DNA of 56,054 bases, taken from positions 1-56,054 of IMG/VR virus record IMGVR_UViG_3300025138_000048. One strand, written 5' to 3'. The translations under genes and the position numbers were made by a program. The DNA comes from a virus. Taxonomy: Duplodnaviria > Caudoviricetes. How positions within the stretch are numbered: position 1 is the first letter of the stretch; every line of letters starts with the position of its first letter. Positions 46,878 through 56,054 of this stretch are shown here, one piece after another. Below the pieces are notes generated by a model. That model worked only from the letters and a program-made list of their open reading frames with translations. It searched no databases and was not told where the DNA came from.

Positions 46878-47042
46878 ATGTCAGAAAATAAAAATAATGA
46901 ATCTGTTACATTAGAAGAAATGAATGCTAATCATAATGATTGGTGGAATAGTTTATCAAATGCAGATAAAGAAAAATTATATAACGATCAAAAAGAAGCA
47001 GAAGATCATTTCTACAACCAAAAGCAACAATCCGTAGAATAG
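46878..47042 (+). CDS. Small hypothetical protein (54 aa, not in ORF track)
   Basis: MSENKNNESV...WWNSLS..EKLY. Confidence 0.55.
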   Translation: MSENKNNESVTLEEMNANHNDWWNSLSNADKEKLYNDQKEAEDHFYNQKQQSVE

Positions 47043-47084
47043 GATTACTTGGATTGGTAATATTTATAACATATATTACTAATC

Positions 47085-47582
47085 ATGGTAAATTTAGACA
47101 ACATATTCGGATTATTTTCACACAATAATGATGACCTATCCCCAAAGGGGACTACTAGTTATGACGATTTAAAGTCATCTCCAGTATACTATGTAGGAAT
47201 GTATAAAAAACTTATCCTTAACCACATAAATTTTAATAAAAAAGTACTTACATTCTTCAAAAAATCAAATAAAGAATTTAATATTGAAGACATTAAGGAA
47301 GCTGGGGAGTTTGTTACATACAGCAGAGCATGGTCATTCATACAGAACATCGACCTCAACGAGGCATCGCATATAGACGCAGTTAAATACTATTCAGACG
47401 AATATTTAGACACATCACTGGAGTTAGGGATCAATTTCTTTACCCAACAAGAAGAATATGAAAGATGTGCGTTCTTGTTAAAAATCCTAAAAAAATCAAG
47501 AAGTTTTGAATCTAAGGTTGGAGGCGAAGATTATATGTCGTATATTGGAGGTACAGGGATTAAGGGAAAGAGAGATAATTAG
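47085..47582 (+). CDS. Hypothetical protein with EEYERC motif
   Basis: FFTQQEEYERCAFLLKIL; ATATTTATAAC upstream. Confidence 0.7.
   Translation: MVNLDNIFGLFSHNNDDLSPKGTTSYDDLKSSPVYYVGMYKKLILNHINFNKKVLTFFKKSNKEFNIEDIKEAGEFVTYSRAWSFIQNIDLNEASHIDAVKYYSDEYLDTSLELGINFFTQQEEYERCAFLLKILKKSRSFESKVGGEDYMSYIGGTGIKGKRDN
47517..47546 (+). promoter_or_regulatory. Sigma-A-type promoter inside the 3' end of the preceding ORF
   Basis: GTTGG(47517)...GTCGTATATT(47537). Confidence 0.55.
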
Positions 47583-47655
47583 ATAATAGAATAAATGAAA
47601 CAGGGTACCGGGGTATAAGGTACACCAAATTAATAAACACTAAAACAATCAAGTC

Positions 47656-47850
47656 ATGCCATTACGCAACCCAGAAACAATTGTTCGCCTAACAAATAAA
47701 ATACAAGGTAATTTAACAAACTTAAAAATGATGGTTAAATCACAACAACCAGTAGATAGTTTTGTTAAAAAGATCGAAGAAACAGAAAATGTTCTTAGAG
47801 ATTTAGAATCTCAAATAGAAAGAGAACATGCACAATTAAGAAACGGATAA
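47656..47850 (+). CDS. Hypothetical coiled-coil protein
   Basis: 64-aa ORF. Confidence 0.6.
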   Translation: MPLRNPETIVRLTNKIQGNLTNLKMMVKSQQPVDSFVKKIEETENVLRDLESQIEREHAQLRNG

Positions 47851-47867
47851 ATTAAAAAATAAAAGTT

Positions 47868-48638
47868 ATGAAATTATCAGCAGAGGAAATCCAAAACAAT
47901 TGGAATAATTTTCTAAATAATATTAAAATGTATATTACAGGTGATCGTAAAGATCAACTAATAAAGTTTTATAAAAAATACGAAGATCGTCTTATGATGA
48001 TGCCTGCTTCGCATAAAAAAGAATACCATAATGCTTTTCCAGGTGGGTATATTGATCATGTAAATAGAGTAGTTAGATGTGCTCTTAAACAATCTAATCT
48101 TTGGAAAGATGAAGGGTGTGATATGACTACATTTACAGAAGAAGAATTAGTATTTTCAGCAATCAATCATGATTTAGGTAAAATGGGAGATGATACTCAT
48201 GAATCCTATTTACCCCAAACTGATAAATGGAGAAAAGATAAGTTAGGTGAGGATTACATGCATAATAAAGAAATTGCATTTGCTGCAGTCCCAGATAGAG
48301 GTTTATTCTTACTTCAACAACATGACGTTAAATATACATTTAATGAAATGGTAGCTATACAAACTCATGATGGTTTATATGACTCAGCAAATGATAAGTA
48401 TTTAAAGGGTTATATGCCTGAAACAAAACCAAGAACTTCATTACCGTTTATCCTACATCAAGCAGATATGATGGCGGCCAGAATTGAATTTGAAATTGAA
48501 TGGTTACCTAAATTTAAAAATAACTTGGATACCAGCAAAAAGAATTATACATTGGGGGTCAATAACAAGTCGGTAAAAAATAAAGCTTTAGGAACAATAA
48601 AAAGTGAAGGACTTAAAAATATGTTAGATAACCTATGA
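47868..48638 (+). CDS. HD-domain phosphohydrolase (YhaM-like HD region)
   Basis: HNAFPGGYIDH, HDLGK, THDG, HQAD. Confidence 0.85.
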   Translation: MKLSAEEIQNNWNNFLNNIKMYITGDRKDQLIKFYKKYEDRLMMMPASHKKEYHNAFPGGYIDHVNRVVRCALKQSNLWKDEGCDMTTFTEEELVFSAINHDLGKMGDDTHESYLPQTDKWRKDKLGEDYMHNKEIAFAAVPDRGLFLLQQHDVKYTFNEMVAIQTHDGLYDSANDKYLKGYMPETKPRTSLPFILHQADMMAARIEFEIEWLPKFKNNLDTSKKNYTLGVNNKSVKNKALGTIKSEGLKNMLDNL

Positions 48639-48910
48639 TAACAACAATAATAATACTTTCAATAATAGTCGTAGCTTTAGGGTTTACGACTATTAATCTA
48701 CTACGTAAGAACGAAAAACAAGAAGATATTCTATTAGGATATTTAAAATATTTAGATAATATATCTAGAGCAATTGAGGTATCCGAAGAAAAAATGAAAA
48801 AAGTAGATATTAAGGGTTCATTTGAGGGTGATGATGAAGTAGGTTTCTTTTTTAAAACTATAAAACAAATTCAAGAAATTCTTAATGATTTTAACATCAA
48901 AAAGATTTAA
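48635..48910 (+). CDS. Small membrane-anchored protein
   Basis: N-terminal TM helix; DDEVGFFF. Confidence 0.65.
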   Translation: MITTIIILSIIVVALGFTTINLLRKNEKQEDILLGYLKYLDNISRAIEVSEEKMKKVDIKGSFEGDDEVGFFFKTIKQIQEILNDFNIKKI

Positions 48911-48915
48911 GAATA

Positions 48916-49725
48916 ATGGATCACATAATAGAGAAGAATAAAAAGATAAGAAAAGGAAGAGTATATTTTACTAAAGATACAGAAGCAGCTATTGTAAAGT
49001 ATAACAATTCTAAAGATAAAGAAGAAAGAAGTAATCTTTATCAAGATCATATTCATTGGCCTTTTTATAAACTTACTCAAAATATAATTCACACATTTAA
49101 ATTTTACTATACTGAAGTTGAAAATTTAGAAGATCTTCAACATGAATTAATGGTTTTTCTTTTATCTAAAATCCATTTATTTAATCCCGAAAATGGAGCT
49201 AAAGCATATTCGTATTTTGGTACTATTGTAAAACGTTGGTTGATTGTATATAATACAAAAAATTATGGAAATAAAATACAAAATATTCCTATTGGAGATT
49301 TAACTAACTATTCTAATTTAGATCAATTAAATCCAGGATTTATTACGTCCCAAAAAATGGAAGATGGAATAAGTAAAGTTACAGAAGAAGAATTTGAAGG
49401 TGATGATTTAGCTTTACAGGGGTATAAACATGAGGACAAGTTATCTTTATTTATAGATAAATTTGTAAATGAATGTACTGAAAGAATATATACTATTTTC
49501 CCTAAAAGTAATGATGCACAAATAGCAGATGCAATTTTAGAATTATTTAGAAAAAGAGATTCTATAGATGTTTTTAATAAAAAAGCACTTTATATTTATA
49601 TTCGTGAGATGGTAGATGTTAAAACACCAAAAATTACCAAAATCGCTAATGTTTTGTATAAAATATTTAAAGAAAAATATTTATTTTATTTAGAACATGG
49701 GTATTATCTTCCCTCAAAAGACTAA
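48916..49725 (+). CDS. Putative phage sigma factor (T4 gp55-like)
   Basis: YFT...AIVKYN, EDLQHE, FNPENG..AYSYFGTIVKR resembles sigma region 2; precedes structural genes. Confidence 0.6.
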   Translation: MDHIIEKNKKIRKGRVYFTKDTEAAIVKYNNSKDKEERSNLYQDHIHWPFYKLTQNIIHTFKFYYTEVENLEDLQHELMVFLLSKIHLFNPENGAKAYSYFGTIVKRWLIVYNTKNYGNKIQNIPIGDLTNYSNLDQLNPGFITSQKMEDGISKVTEEEFEGDDLALQGYKHEDKLSLFIDKFVNECTERIYTIFPKSNDAQIADAILELFRKRDSIDVFNKKALYIYIREMVDVKTPKITKIANVLYKIFKEKYLFYLEHGYYLPSKD

Positions 49726-49751
49726 TTTAGTTATATTTATAACCAAAAATT

Positions 49752-50096
49752 ATGAGCCAATTAGATTCAATCATATTTGGGGATAAAAAATTTTCGGATA
49801 TACTAGAAGAAATATATAATAACCAAAAGAAAAAATCAGAACAAGTATCTTCTTTAATTTCAGAACTAAAACCTTTAGTTCAAGAAATTGGAGATGCTAC
49901 ATTAATAGTTCCTTTAATAAAGGAATATATGGAAATCGGAGTAAAGAATGATGATGCTTTAATTAAAATGGCTACTATTATTCAAAGAGCAGTAAATACT
50001 GCTACTGATGATGGTGGGTTTGGAATTACTGATGAAGAAAAAGATGCACTTATGGCCGAGATGGAAAAACTTCAAATAAAAGATAAAGAAAAATAA
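49752..50096 (+). CDS. Hypothetical helical protein
   Basis: 114-aa ORF; ATATTTATAAC upstream. Confidence 0.7.
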   Translation: MSQLDSIIFGDKKFSDILEEIYNNQKKKSEQVSSLISELKPLVQEIGDATLIVPLIKEYMEIGVKNDDALIKMATIIQRAVNTATDDGGFGITDEEKDALMAEMEKLQIKDKEK

Positions 50097-51338
50097 ATGG
50101 CAGTTAAACCTACAATTGGATTAAGTTCATTATCATCTTCAAAACAATCATTTGGGGGTCAGTCTAATGTATTCTCAGGTAGGGTTAAATATGCTATGCT
50201 TGATGATGAAACTCAACCTAAAGCATTTAAAAAATTTGGGGAATGGTCTTCAATAGGGTGTATATTTTTTGATAAAATAAACCAACCAAACCCAAATCCT
50301 CAATTTTCTACAGATAACTTTGCAAGACCTTTATTTCCAAATCAATCTATAATTCCATTAGAAAATGAAATAGTATATATAATGGCATTACCTAATAGTA
50401 AAATACAAAGTAATGTAAATAATTTAAGTTATTATTATTTTCAACCTATTAATATATGGAATAGTGTACACCATAATGCAATACCTGATCCAATTCTTTC
50501 AGATCTTTTACCTCCTTCTCAACAACAAGATTATGAAGAAACACAAGGAGGAGCTGTTAGAAGAGTAACAGATGGAGGTACTGAAATTGATTTAGGTGAT
50601 ACTTTTAATGAAAAATTAAGTATAAGAAATTTATTACCTTATGAAGGTGATAACTTAATACAAGGTAGATGGGGAAATACTTTTAGATTAGGTTCTACTG
50701 TAACAGAAGCTGTAATCCCTAATCCTTGGTCTAGAGAAGGAACTGGTGAAAGTGGTGATCCAATTATTATAATAAAAAACGGACAACATGAAGAAGATAC
50801 AGATCCTTGGGTACCACAAGTAGAAGATATAAATTTAGATTTATCAAATATATATTTAACTTCAACACAAGCTATTCCAATTGGAGTAGCTAGTAGAAAT
50901 TATAGTTCTTATTTTCAACCACCTATTGCCCCTGATAAATTTACAGACCCTCAAATTATTTTATCATCTGGAAGATTACTATTTAATGCTTATAGTGATT
51001 CAATTTTATTATCATCCCAAGATACAATAAATTTAAATTCAGAAAATAGTTTAAATATAGATACAAAAACTACAATAATAAAATCAGATAAAGTATTATT
51101 GGGTGATAAAAATGCAAGAGAATCAATAATATTAGGAGATAAATTTTTAGCTGATTTTCAATCTTTATTATCAACAGTTATGTCTTTATCAGGAGCATTA
51201 CAAACTCCTATAGGAACTGGAATACCTTTTATAATAAATCCTTTAATACCTGTTCCTGCTGTACAAGTACAAAATGCGGCTCAAAAGATGTTAAATAAGA
51301 TTCAACAATATAAATCCCAAGTAAGTAAAAGTAAATAA
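50097..51338 (+). CDS. Putative baseplate hub/spike protein (gp5/VgrG-like)
   Basis: OB-fold-like N-terminus (IPLENEIV), EGDNLIQGRWGNTFRLG, beta-repeat C-terminal region; upstream of gp25/gp6-like genes. Confidence 0.6.
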   Translation: MAVKPTIGLSSLSSSKQSFGGQSNVFSGRVKYAMLDDETQPKAFKKFGEWSSIGCIFFDKINQPNPNPQFSTDNFARPLFPNQSIIPLENEIVYIMALPNSKIQSNVNNLSYYYFQPINIWNSVHHNAIPDPILSDLLPPSQQQDYEETQGGAVRRVTDGGTEIDLGDTFNEKLSIRNLLPYEGDNLIQGRWGNTFRLGSTVTEAVIPNPWSREGTGESGDPIIIIKNGQHEEDTDPWVPQVEDINLDLSNIYLTSTQAIPIGVASRNYSSYFQPPIAPDKFTDPQIILSSGRLLFNAYSDSILLSSQDTINLNSENSLNIDTKTTIIKSDKVLLGDKNARESIILGDKFLADFQSLLSTVMSLSGALQTPIGTGIPFIINPLIPVPAVQVQNAAQKMLNKIQQYKSQVSKSK

Positions 51339-52990
51339 TGGGTTTAGAAACAGTCATAGTAAAACAAGTAGTTAATGTAGCAAAAGATACTGCTAAAATA
51401 CAAGATTCTTTATCTGTTATGGAGGAGAAACTTATAAATGAAACACTTAAAACAGTTGAAAGATCAGGAATAAATCCTCAATTTTTACAATTTGATGTAG
51501 TTGCTTTAGCTAGAGGAGAAAATGATATTGGACTTGAAGAGATATTAACCCCAGAAAGTATATGTAGTACTCCTTCACTAACTACGGCTCAAAAAGAAAA
51601 TACAAGAAAACAAGTTGAATTACTTCAAAATAATATTTCTAAATTAATTGATAATACTAATAAATTAAAAGAAGCACTAATTACAGTTCAAAGACCATTA
51701 CAAACTTTAGAAGTAACAGCTAATACTTTAAATGTTATAATAACTTCTGTAAAAGTGGGGGTAAAAGTTATTAAAGCTATACCTATCCCAGTAGCTTTTG
51801 GTGCTCCTGCTATAGCAATTCCTTTAAATGTAATAACTATTCTTTCGGATGCTTTAGATCAATTAGATAAATTATTAACTATGGGTAAAGGGGTAGTATC
51901 TTTAATACCTAAACTAATATCAGGAATAATAGGTTTAATATCCCAAGCTATAATAGCAATGGATAAAACCTTATCAATGGTTCAACCATCTTTAGCAATT
52001 TTAGCATTTTTATCAGCTAAAATAGAATTAGGAGATTCTTGCCCTGCTGTTATAGGATCACCTGTTACAGATATTAGTCAATTAGAAATAGATGTAATTG
52101 AAAAAACTCTAAATAATGAAATAAGAAAAGATTTATTAGCAGCAGGAGATTCATCTATACCAGAAATTAATATAGCAAATGAAGAAGATTTAATCAAACA
52201 ATTACAAGCAAATTCTCGAGATCCTTTAATTTACAAGGGATTTGTAATGGTAATTGATTATGATCCTAAAAATAAATTTGCTTTTGACTCTAGAAGAATT
52301 ATATCAACTAGAAATTTTTCTTTATCAAGAGGAGAAAAGTTTTTTACATCAACCGATAAATTTGCTACTCCTTTAACAGGTAATATAGTATTATATAATG
52401 ATCCTCAAAATAAAGCTAGATATTCTTTTAGTTCATCAGTACAAGTATTAGTAGAAGAAATGAAATATAATATAGATCAATATGTAGCAGGATTAACTAT
52501 ACAAATAACAGAAAATGATTTAAATATAGTAAGGGGAGATGGTATTGGTGGTATAGCAGGATCAACAGGTGTTTCTATTACTGGTTTAAATTATTCTGGT
52601 AGTAGTATTAATAATCCTACAGGTTCTTCCTCAGGAATTATAGCTGATTGGACTATAATTGGTAATGATCCTTCTAATGTAGATAATATTTTAACTCCTA
52701 CAACTGGTAATGTATCTGGAACCATTACTACTACAATTCCAAATACAAAAGTAGTAATGAGTGCATTTGGTGGAACTGGAACACAAGGATCTTTTACTAA
52801 TGCTATTTTCAGACTCCAGTTAAATGGTAATCCAATTGCCCGACAAAAAGAAGTATATGCTCAAGAGTTAGAAATTAAAGAATCCCTACCAATATTTCTG
52901 CAGTCAACCGGAATTTGGGATTTTGAAATGATAATGGTAGACAGTGTAGGTTACGGAAATCAAGTAGGTTTTGTAGTTTCCGCAATTTAA
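51338..52990 (+). CDS. Hypothetical virion/baseplate-associated protein
   Basis: Coiled-coil and hydrophobic N-terminal half, beta-rich C-terminus; lies in the structural module. Confidence 0.6.
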   Translation: MGLETVIVKQVVNVAKDTAKIQDSLSVMEEKLINETLKTVERSGINPQFLQFDVVALARGENDIGLEEILTPESICSTPSLTTAQKENTRKQVELLQNNISKLIDNTNKLKEALITVQRPLQTLEVTANTLNVIITSVKVGVKVIKAIPIPVAFGAPAIAIPLNVITILSDALDQLDKLLTMGKGVVSLIPKLISGIIGLISQAIIAMDKTLSMVQPSLAILAFLSAKIELGDSCPAVIGSPVTDISQLEIDVIEKTLNNEIRKDLLAAGDSSIPEINIANEEDLIKQLQANSRDPLIYKGFVMVIDYDPKNKFAFDSRRIISTRNFSLSRGEKFFTSTDKFATPLTGNIVLYNDPQNKARYSFSSSVQVLVEEMKYNIDQYVAGLTIQITENDLNIVRGDGIGGIAGSTGVSITGLNYSGSSINNPTGSSSGIIADWTIIGNDPSNVDNILTPTTGNVSGTITTTIPNTKVVMSAFGGTGTQGSFTNAIFRLQLNGNPIARQKEVYAQELEIKESLPIFLQSTGIWDFEMIMVDSVGYGNQVGFVVSAI

Positions 52991-53028
52991 CATTAAATAA
53001 GTTTAATAATATAATATTTATAAATAAA

Positions 53029-53376
53029 ATGAAGACGTCAGCCTTAAAATTAATAATAAAAGAAGCAGTAAAAGAAGCAATTCAAGAAGAATTGAAAGAA
53101 ATTTTATTGGAAGCAGTTAAAACTCCAAGAGTTATAACCCAAGCACCAATAACAGAAAATATTAATGCTCCATCACCTATTATACCTCAATCTCCTACAA
53201 TGTCTTCACAAGATAAAAGAGATGCATATAAAAATATATTAGGAGATACAGCTGCATCCTTTACAAGTAATAATGCTCAATCCTTTCAACCTCAAGCAGG
53301 GATGGATACAGCAAATGGAACATTACCTGCTGGTGAAGTTGATATGAATCAAATATTAGGTTTAATGAATAAATAA
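53029..53376 (+). CDS. Hypothetical protein with (I/L/V)xE repeats, possibly head-internal
   Basis: IIKEAVKEAIQEELKEILLEA; late motif upstream. Confidence 0.6.
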   Translation: MKTSALKLIIKEAVKEAIQEELKEILLEAVKTPRVITQAPITENINAPSPIIPQSPTMSSQDKRDAYKNILGDTAASFTSNNAQSFQPQAGMDTANGTLPAGEVDMNQILGLMNK

Positions 53377-53378
53377 TA

Positions 53379-53786
53379 ATGGCAAGAATAATACAAAGTA
53401 AGTTTCCAATAGACCTTCAACCTAGTAGAGCGGTTGGTTTTGGTTTTCCTTTAAATGGGGATGCTGTCTTTGTACCTACTTATTTTACAAGAGATCAAAT
53501 AAAAGCTAATATGGTTAATTATTTATTAACTAATAAAGGAGAAAGAGTATTTAGACCTCAATTTGGAGCTGATTTAAGAAATTTATTATTCGAAAATATC
53601 TTAGATTCAACCACAGAAGATTTAAAATCTACAATACAGAGCGATATAAATATATTTTTTCCAAATGTAGAAGTAAAAGAAATAAAATTTAATAACCAAC
53701 CAGACGAAAATACTGTTAACTTTACTTTAATTTACCAAATAGTAAATTTTGGAATAGAAGATAGTATAAACATATTACTACAATAA
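53379..53786 (+). CDS. Baseplate wedge protein, GPW/gp25 family
   Basis: LLTNKGERVFRPQFGADL...LLFE. Confidence 0.88.
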   Translation: MARIIQSKFPIDLQPSRAVGFGFPLNGDAVFVPTYFTRDQIKANMVNYLLTNKGERVFRPQFGADLRNLLFENILDSTTEDLKSTIQSDINIFFPNVEVKEIKFNNQPDENTVNFTLIYQIVNFGIEDSINILLQ

Positions 53787-55648
53787 TGGCTAAATTAGAA
53801 AGAGACATAAGATATATTGATAGAGATTTTAATACAATTAGAAATTCTCTAATACAATATTCTAAAACATATTTTCCAAACACATTTAATGATTTTACGG
53901 ATACTTCTACAGGTATGCTATTTATGGAAATGGCAGCCTATGTAGGAGATGTTCTATCTTTTTATTTAGATAATCAGATACAAGAAACATTTATTCAAAA
54001 AGCAAGACAAACAGAAAATTTATATGCTTTAGCTTATTCTTTAGGATATGTTCCTAAAGTAACAACTGTAGCATCTGTAAAGTTAGACTTTTACCAACAA
54101 GTCCCTGCAAAACAAGTACTTGGAGAATATGTTCCTGATTATGATTATTCACTAATAATACCAGAAAATACTCAAGTTTCATCAAATTTAGACTCAACGC
54201 AAAAATTTATAATTGAAGATGTAATTGATTTTTCTGCATCAAGTTCACTAGATCCAACTACATCAACTGTATACCAAATATCAGGAATTAATCCAACATA
54301 TTTTTTACTTAAAAAAACAAGAAAAGCCATATCTGCTACAGTTACTACACAACAGTTTACATTTAATGCTGCTGTTAAATTTGATACAAGAACAATAAAT
54401 AATAATAATATTATAGGCGTATTAGACGTGATTGACAGTGATGGTAATACTTGGTATGAAGTTCCTAATTTAGCGCAAGAAAACGTATTTAATTCTATTA
54501 GAAACACAAATACTAATGATCCTAATTATGCAATGGATCCTGAAGTACCCTATTTATTAGAATTAAAAACAGTACAAAGAAGATTTGCTACACGTTTTAT
54601 ATCTTCAGGATCATTACAATTACAGTTTGGAGCAGGTAATACTAGATCAACAACAGAACAACTTATACCTAACCCAGATAATGTAGGTTTAGGTTTACCT
54701 TTTGAAAAAACAAAACTTACAACTGCTTTTTCCCCTACAAATTTTGTATTTACAAATACTTATGGGATTGCACCTTATAATACAACTCTAACAGTAAGAT
54801 ATTTAACTGGAGGAGGAGCATCTGCAAATGTTGAAGCTGGAACTTTAACAGGAATTGATGATACTAATATTGTATTTGTAAATCCTGATTTATCAAATAC
54901 TTCTTTAGCAAATACTATTTTTAATTCTGTATCATCAAATAATGAATTAGCAGCTGATGGTGGAATGGATGGAGATACAGTAGAAGAACTTAGACAAAAC
55001 TCATTAGGTAATTTCCAAAATCAATTAAGAACAGTTACAACACAAGATTATTTAGTTAGATCATTATCAATGCCTGCTAATTTAGGTGTTATAGCAAAAG
55101 CACATGCTGAACCCTGTAAAATAGGTGATTACCAAGCAGGAGAATTACCAACAGTATTAGATTTATATGTTTTATCATATAATATAAATAAACAATTAAG
55201 AACAGCTTCTAATGTGTTAAAAAGAAATTTACAAACTTATTTATCTGAATATAGAATGATAAATGATTCTATTACTATTAAAGATGCCTATATAGTTAAT
55301 ATTGAAGTATTATTTGATATAATTGTTTTGCCAAATTACAATAATAGTGAAGTAATAACTAAGTGTGTAGATTCAGTAACAAATTTCTTTAATATAGATA
55401 AATGGCAAATTAATGAACCTATTTTATTAAAAGATATAAATATACTTTTAGATAAAGTAGAAGGAGTACAAACTGTACAAGATGTAACTATAAATAATCT
55501 AGCAGGTGAAGCGTTAGGATATAGTAAATTTTCATATGATATAACAGCTGCAACAATAAAGGGAGTTATTTATCCATCTATAGATCCTATGGTTTTTGAA
55601 GTAAAAAATCCAACACAAGATATTAAAGGTAGAGTGGTACCATTATAA
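53786..55648 (+). CDS. Baseplate wedge subunit (T4 gp6 / baseplate J-like)
   Basis: RDFNTIR, YVGDVLSFYLD, LGY.P, LQFG, YLTGGG...N, QLRTVTTQDY, VEGV. Confidence 0.85.
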   Translation: MAKLERDIRYIDRDFNTIRNSLIQYSKTYFPNTFNDFTDTSTGMLFMEMAAYVGDVLSFYLDNQIQETFIQKARQTENLYALAYSLGYVPKVTTVASVKLDFYQQVPAKQVLGEYVPDYDYSLIIPENTQVSSNLDSTQKFIIEDVIDFSASSSLDPTTSTVYQISGINPTYFLLKKTRKAISATVTTQQFTFNAAVKFDTRTINNNNIIGVLDVIDSDGNTWYEVPNLAQENVFNSIRNTNTNDPNYAMDPEVPYLLELKTVQRRFATRFISSGSLQLQFGAGNTRSTTEQLIPNPDNVGLGLPFEKTKLTTAFSPTNFVFTNTYGIAPYNTTLTVRYLTGGGASANVEAGTLTGIDDTNIVFVNPDLSNTSLANTIFNSVSSNNELAADGGMDGDTVEELRQNSLGNFQNQLRTVTTQDYLVRSLSMPANLGVIAKAHAEPCKIGDYQAGELPTVLDLYVLSYNINKQLRTASNVLKRNLQTYLSEYRMINDSITIKDAYIVNIEVLFDIIVLPNYNNSEVITKCVDSVTNFFNIDKWQINEPILLKDINILLDKVEGVQTVQDVTINNLAGEALGYSKFSYDITAATIKGVIYPSIDPMVFEVKNPTQDIKGRVVPL

Positions 55649-55657
55649 AAATAAACT

Positions 55658-56054
55658 ATGGCAATATATAAAATTTTCCCTACAAAAGATACTTCATTAT
55701 ATTCAATTTCATCTAGTATGAATACTGGGTTAGATGAAATCTTAGAAGCATCTACCAATATACAAAATACCTTACCTCAAGTTAGCAGATATTTATTACA
55801 ATTTTCACAAACAGAAATAAATAATTGGATCACAACTTACATTTCAGGTTCAGGAGTAACAGTACTTAATACAGATATAGGTGGATCTGATTTTCTATAT
55901 GACCAAACAATGACATCATCTGCTAATTACCCAACACAATCAGATGGTGTAGGATATATAACACCTTCATGGGATTTAATACCATCTTCCTCAACAGGAA
56001 ATGGAAGAGGACAACATTTTAATGTTCAAACACATGGAACTTACTTTATACCTA
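55658..56054 (+). CDS. Partial structural protein (runs off the window)
   Basis: MAIYKIFPTKDTSLYS...NTGLDEILE; open to the window end. Confidence 0.7.
   Translation, partial: MAIYKIFPTKDTSLYSISSSMNTGLDEILEASTNIQNTLPQVSRYLLQFSQTEINNWITTYISGSGVTVLNTDIGGSDFLYDQTMTSSANYPTQSDGVGYITPSWDLIPSSSTGNGRGQHFNVQTHGTYFIP

Overview
AT-rich, gene-dense segment of a large tailed dsDNA phage genome. Essentially all genes are on the + strand, often coupled through overlapping stop/start codons, and the standard code appears to be used. The contractile-type baseplate genes and T4-like replisome suggest a myovirus. A Bacteroidota (Flavobacteria-like) host is inferred from repeated TTTG...TATATTT promoters, A-rich leaders without a clear Shine-Dalgarno, and an Omp28-like protein with a T9SS-like tail. 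Gene order: split family-B DNA polymerase, sliding clamp, Hsp20-GroES-GroEL, clamp loader, Cas4-like nuclease; an 11-kb glycosyltransferase/NDP-sugar island; many small accessory and envelope genes (TraR-like Zn finger, lysozyme-like protein, lipoproteins, Omp28, beta-barrel); RadA-like ATPase, DNA ligase, methyltransferases, tRNA-Ala(UGC), GT9, thioesterase; an anomalous GC-richer, palindrome-dense, apparently non-coding segment at about 42.8-43.7 kb with its own promoter; then an HD protein, a gp55-like sigma factor and the start of the baseplate module. The strongest novelty candidates are the 43.0-43.5 kb non-coding element, a four-member E-[DE]-Y-E-x-C (UVR-like) protein family, a structured leader upstream of the beta-barrel gene, and two promoter classes readable from the sequence. 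All family calls come from motif recognition by eye; no searches were run.
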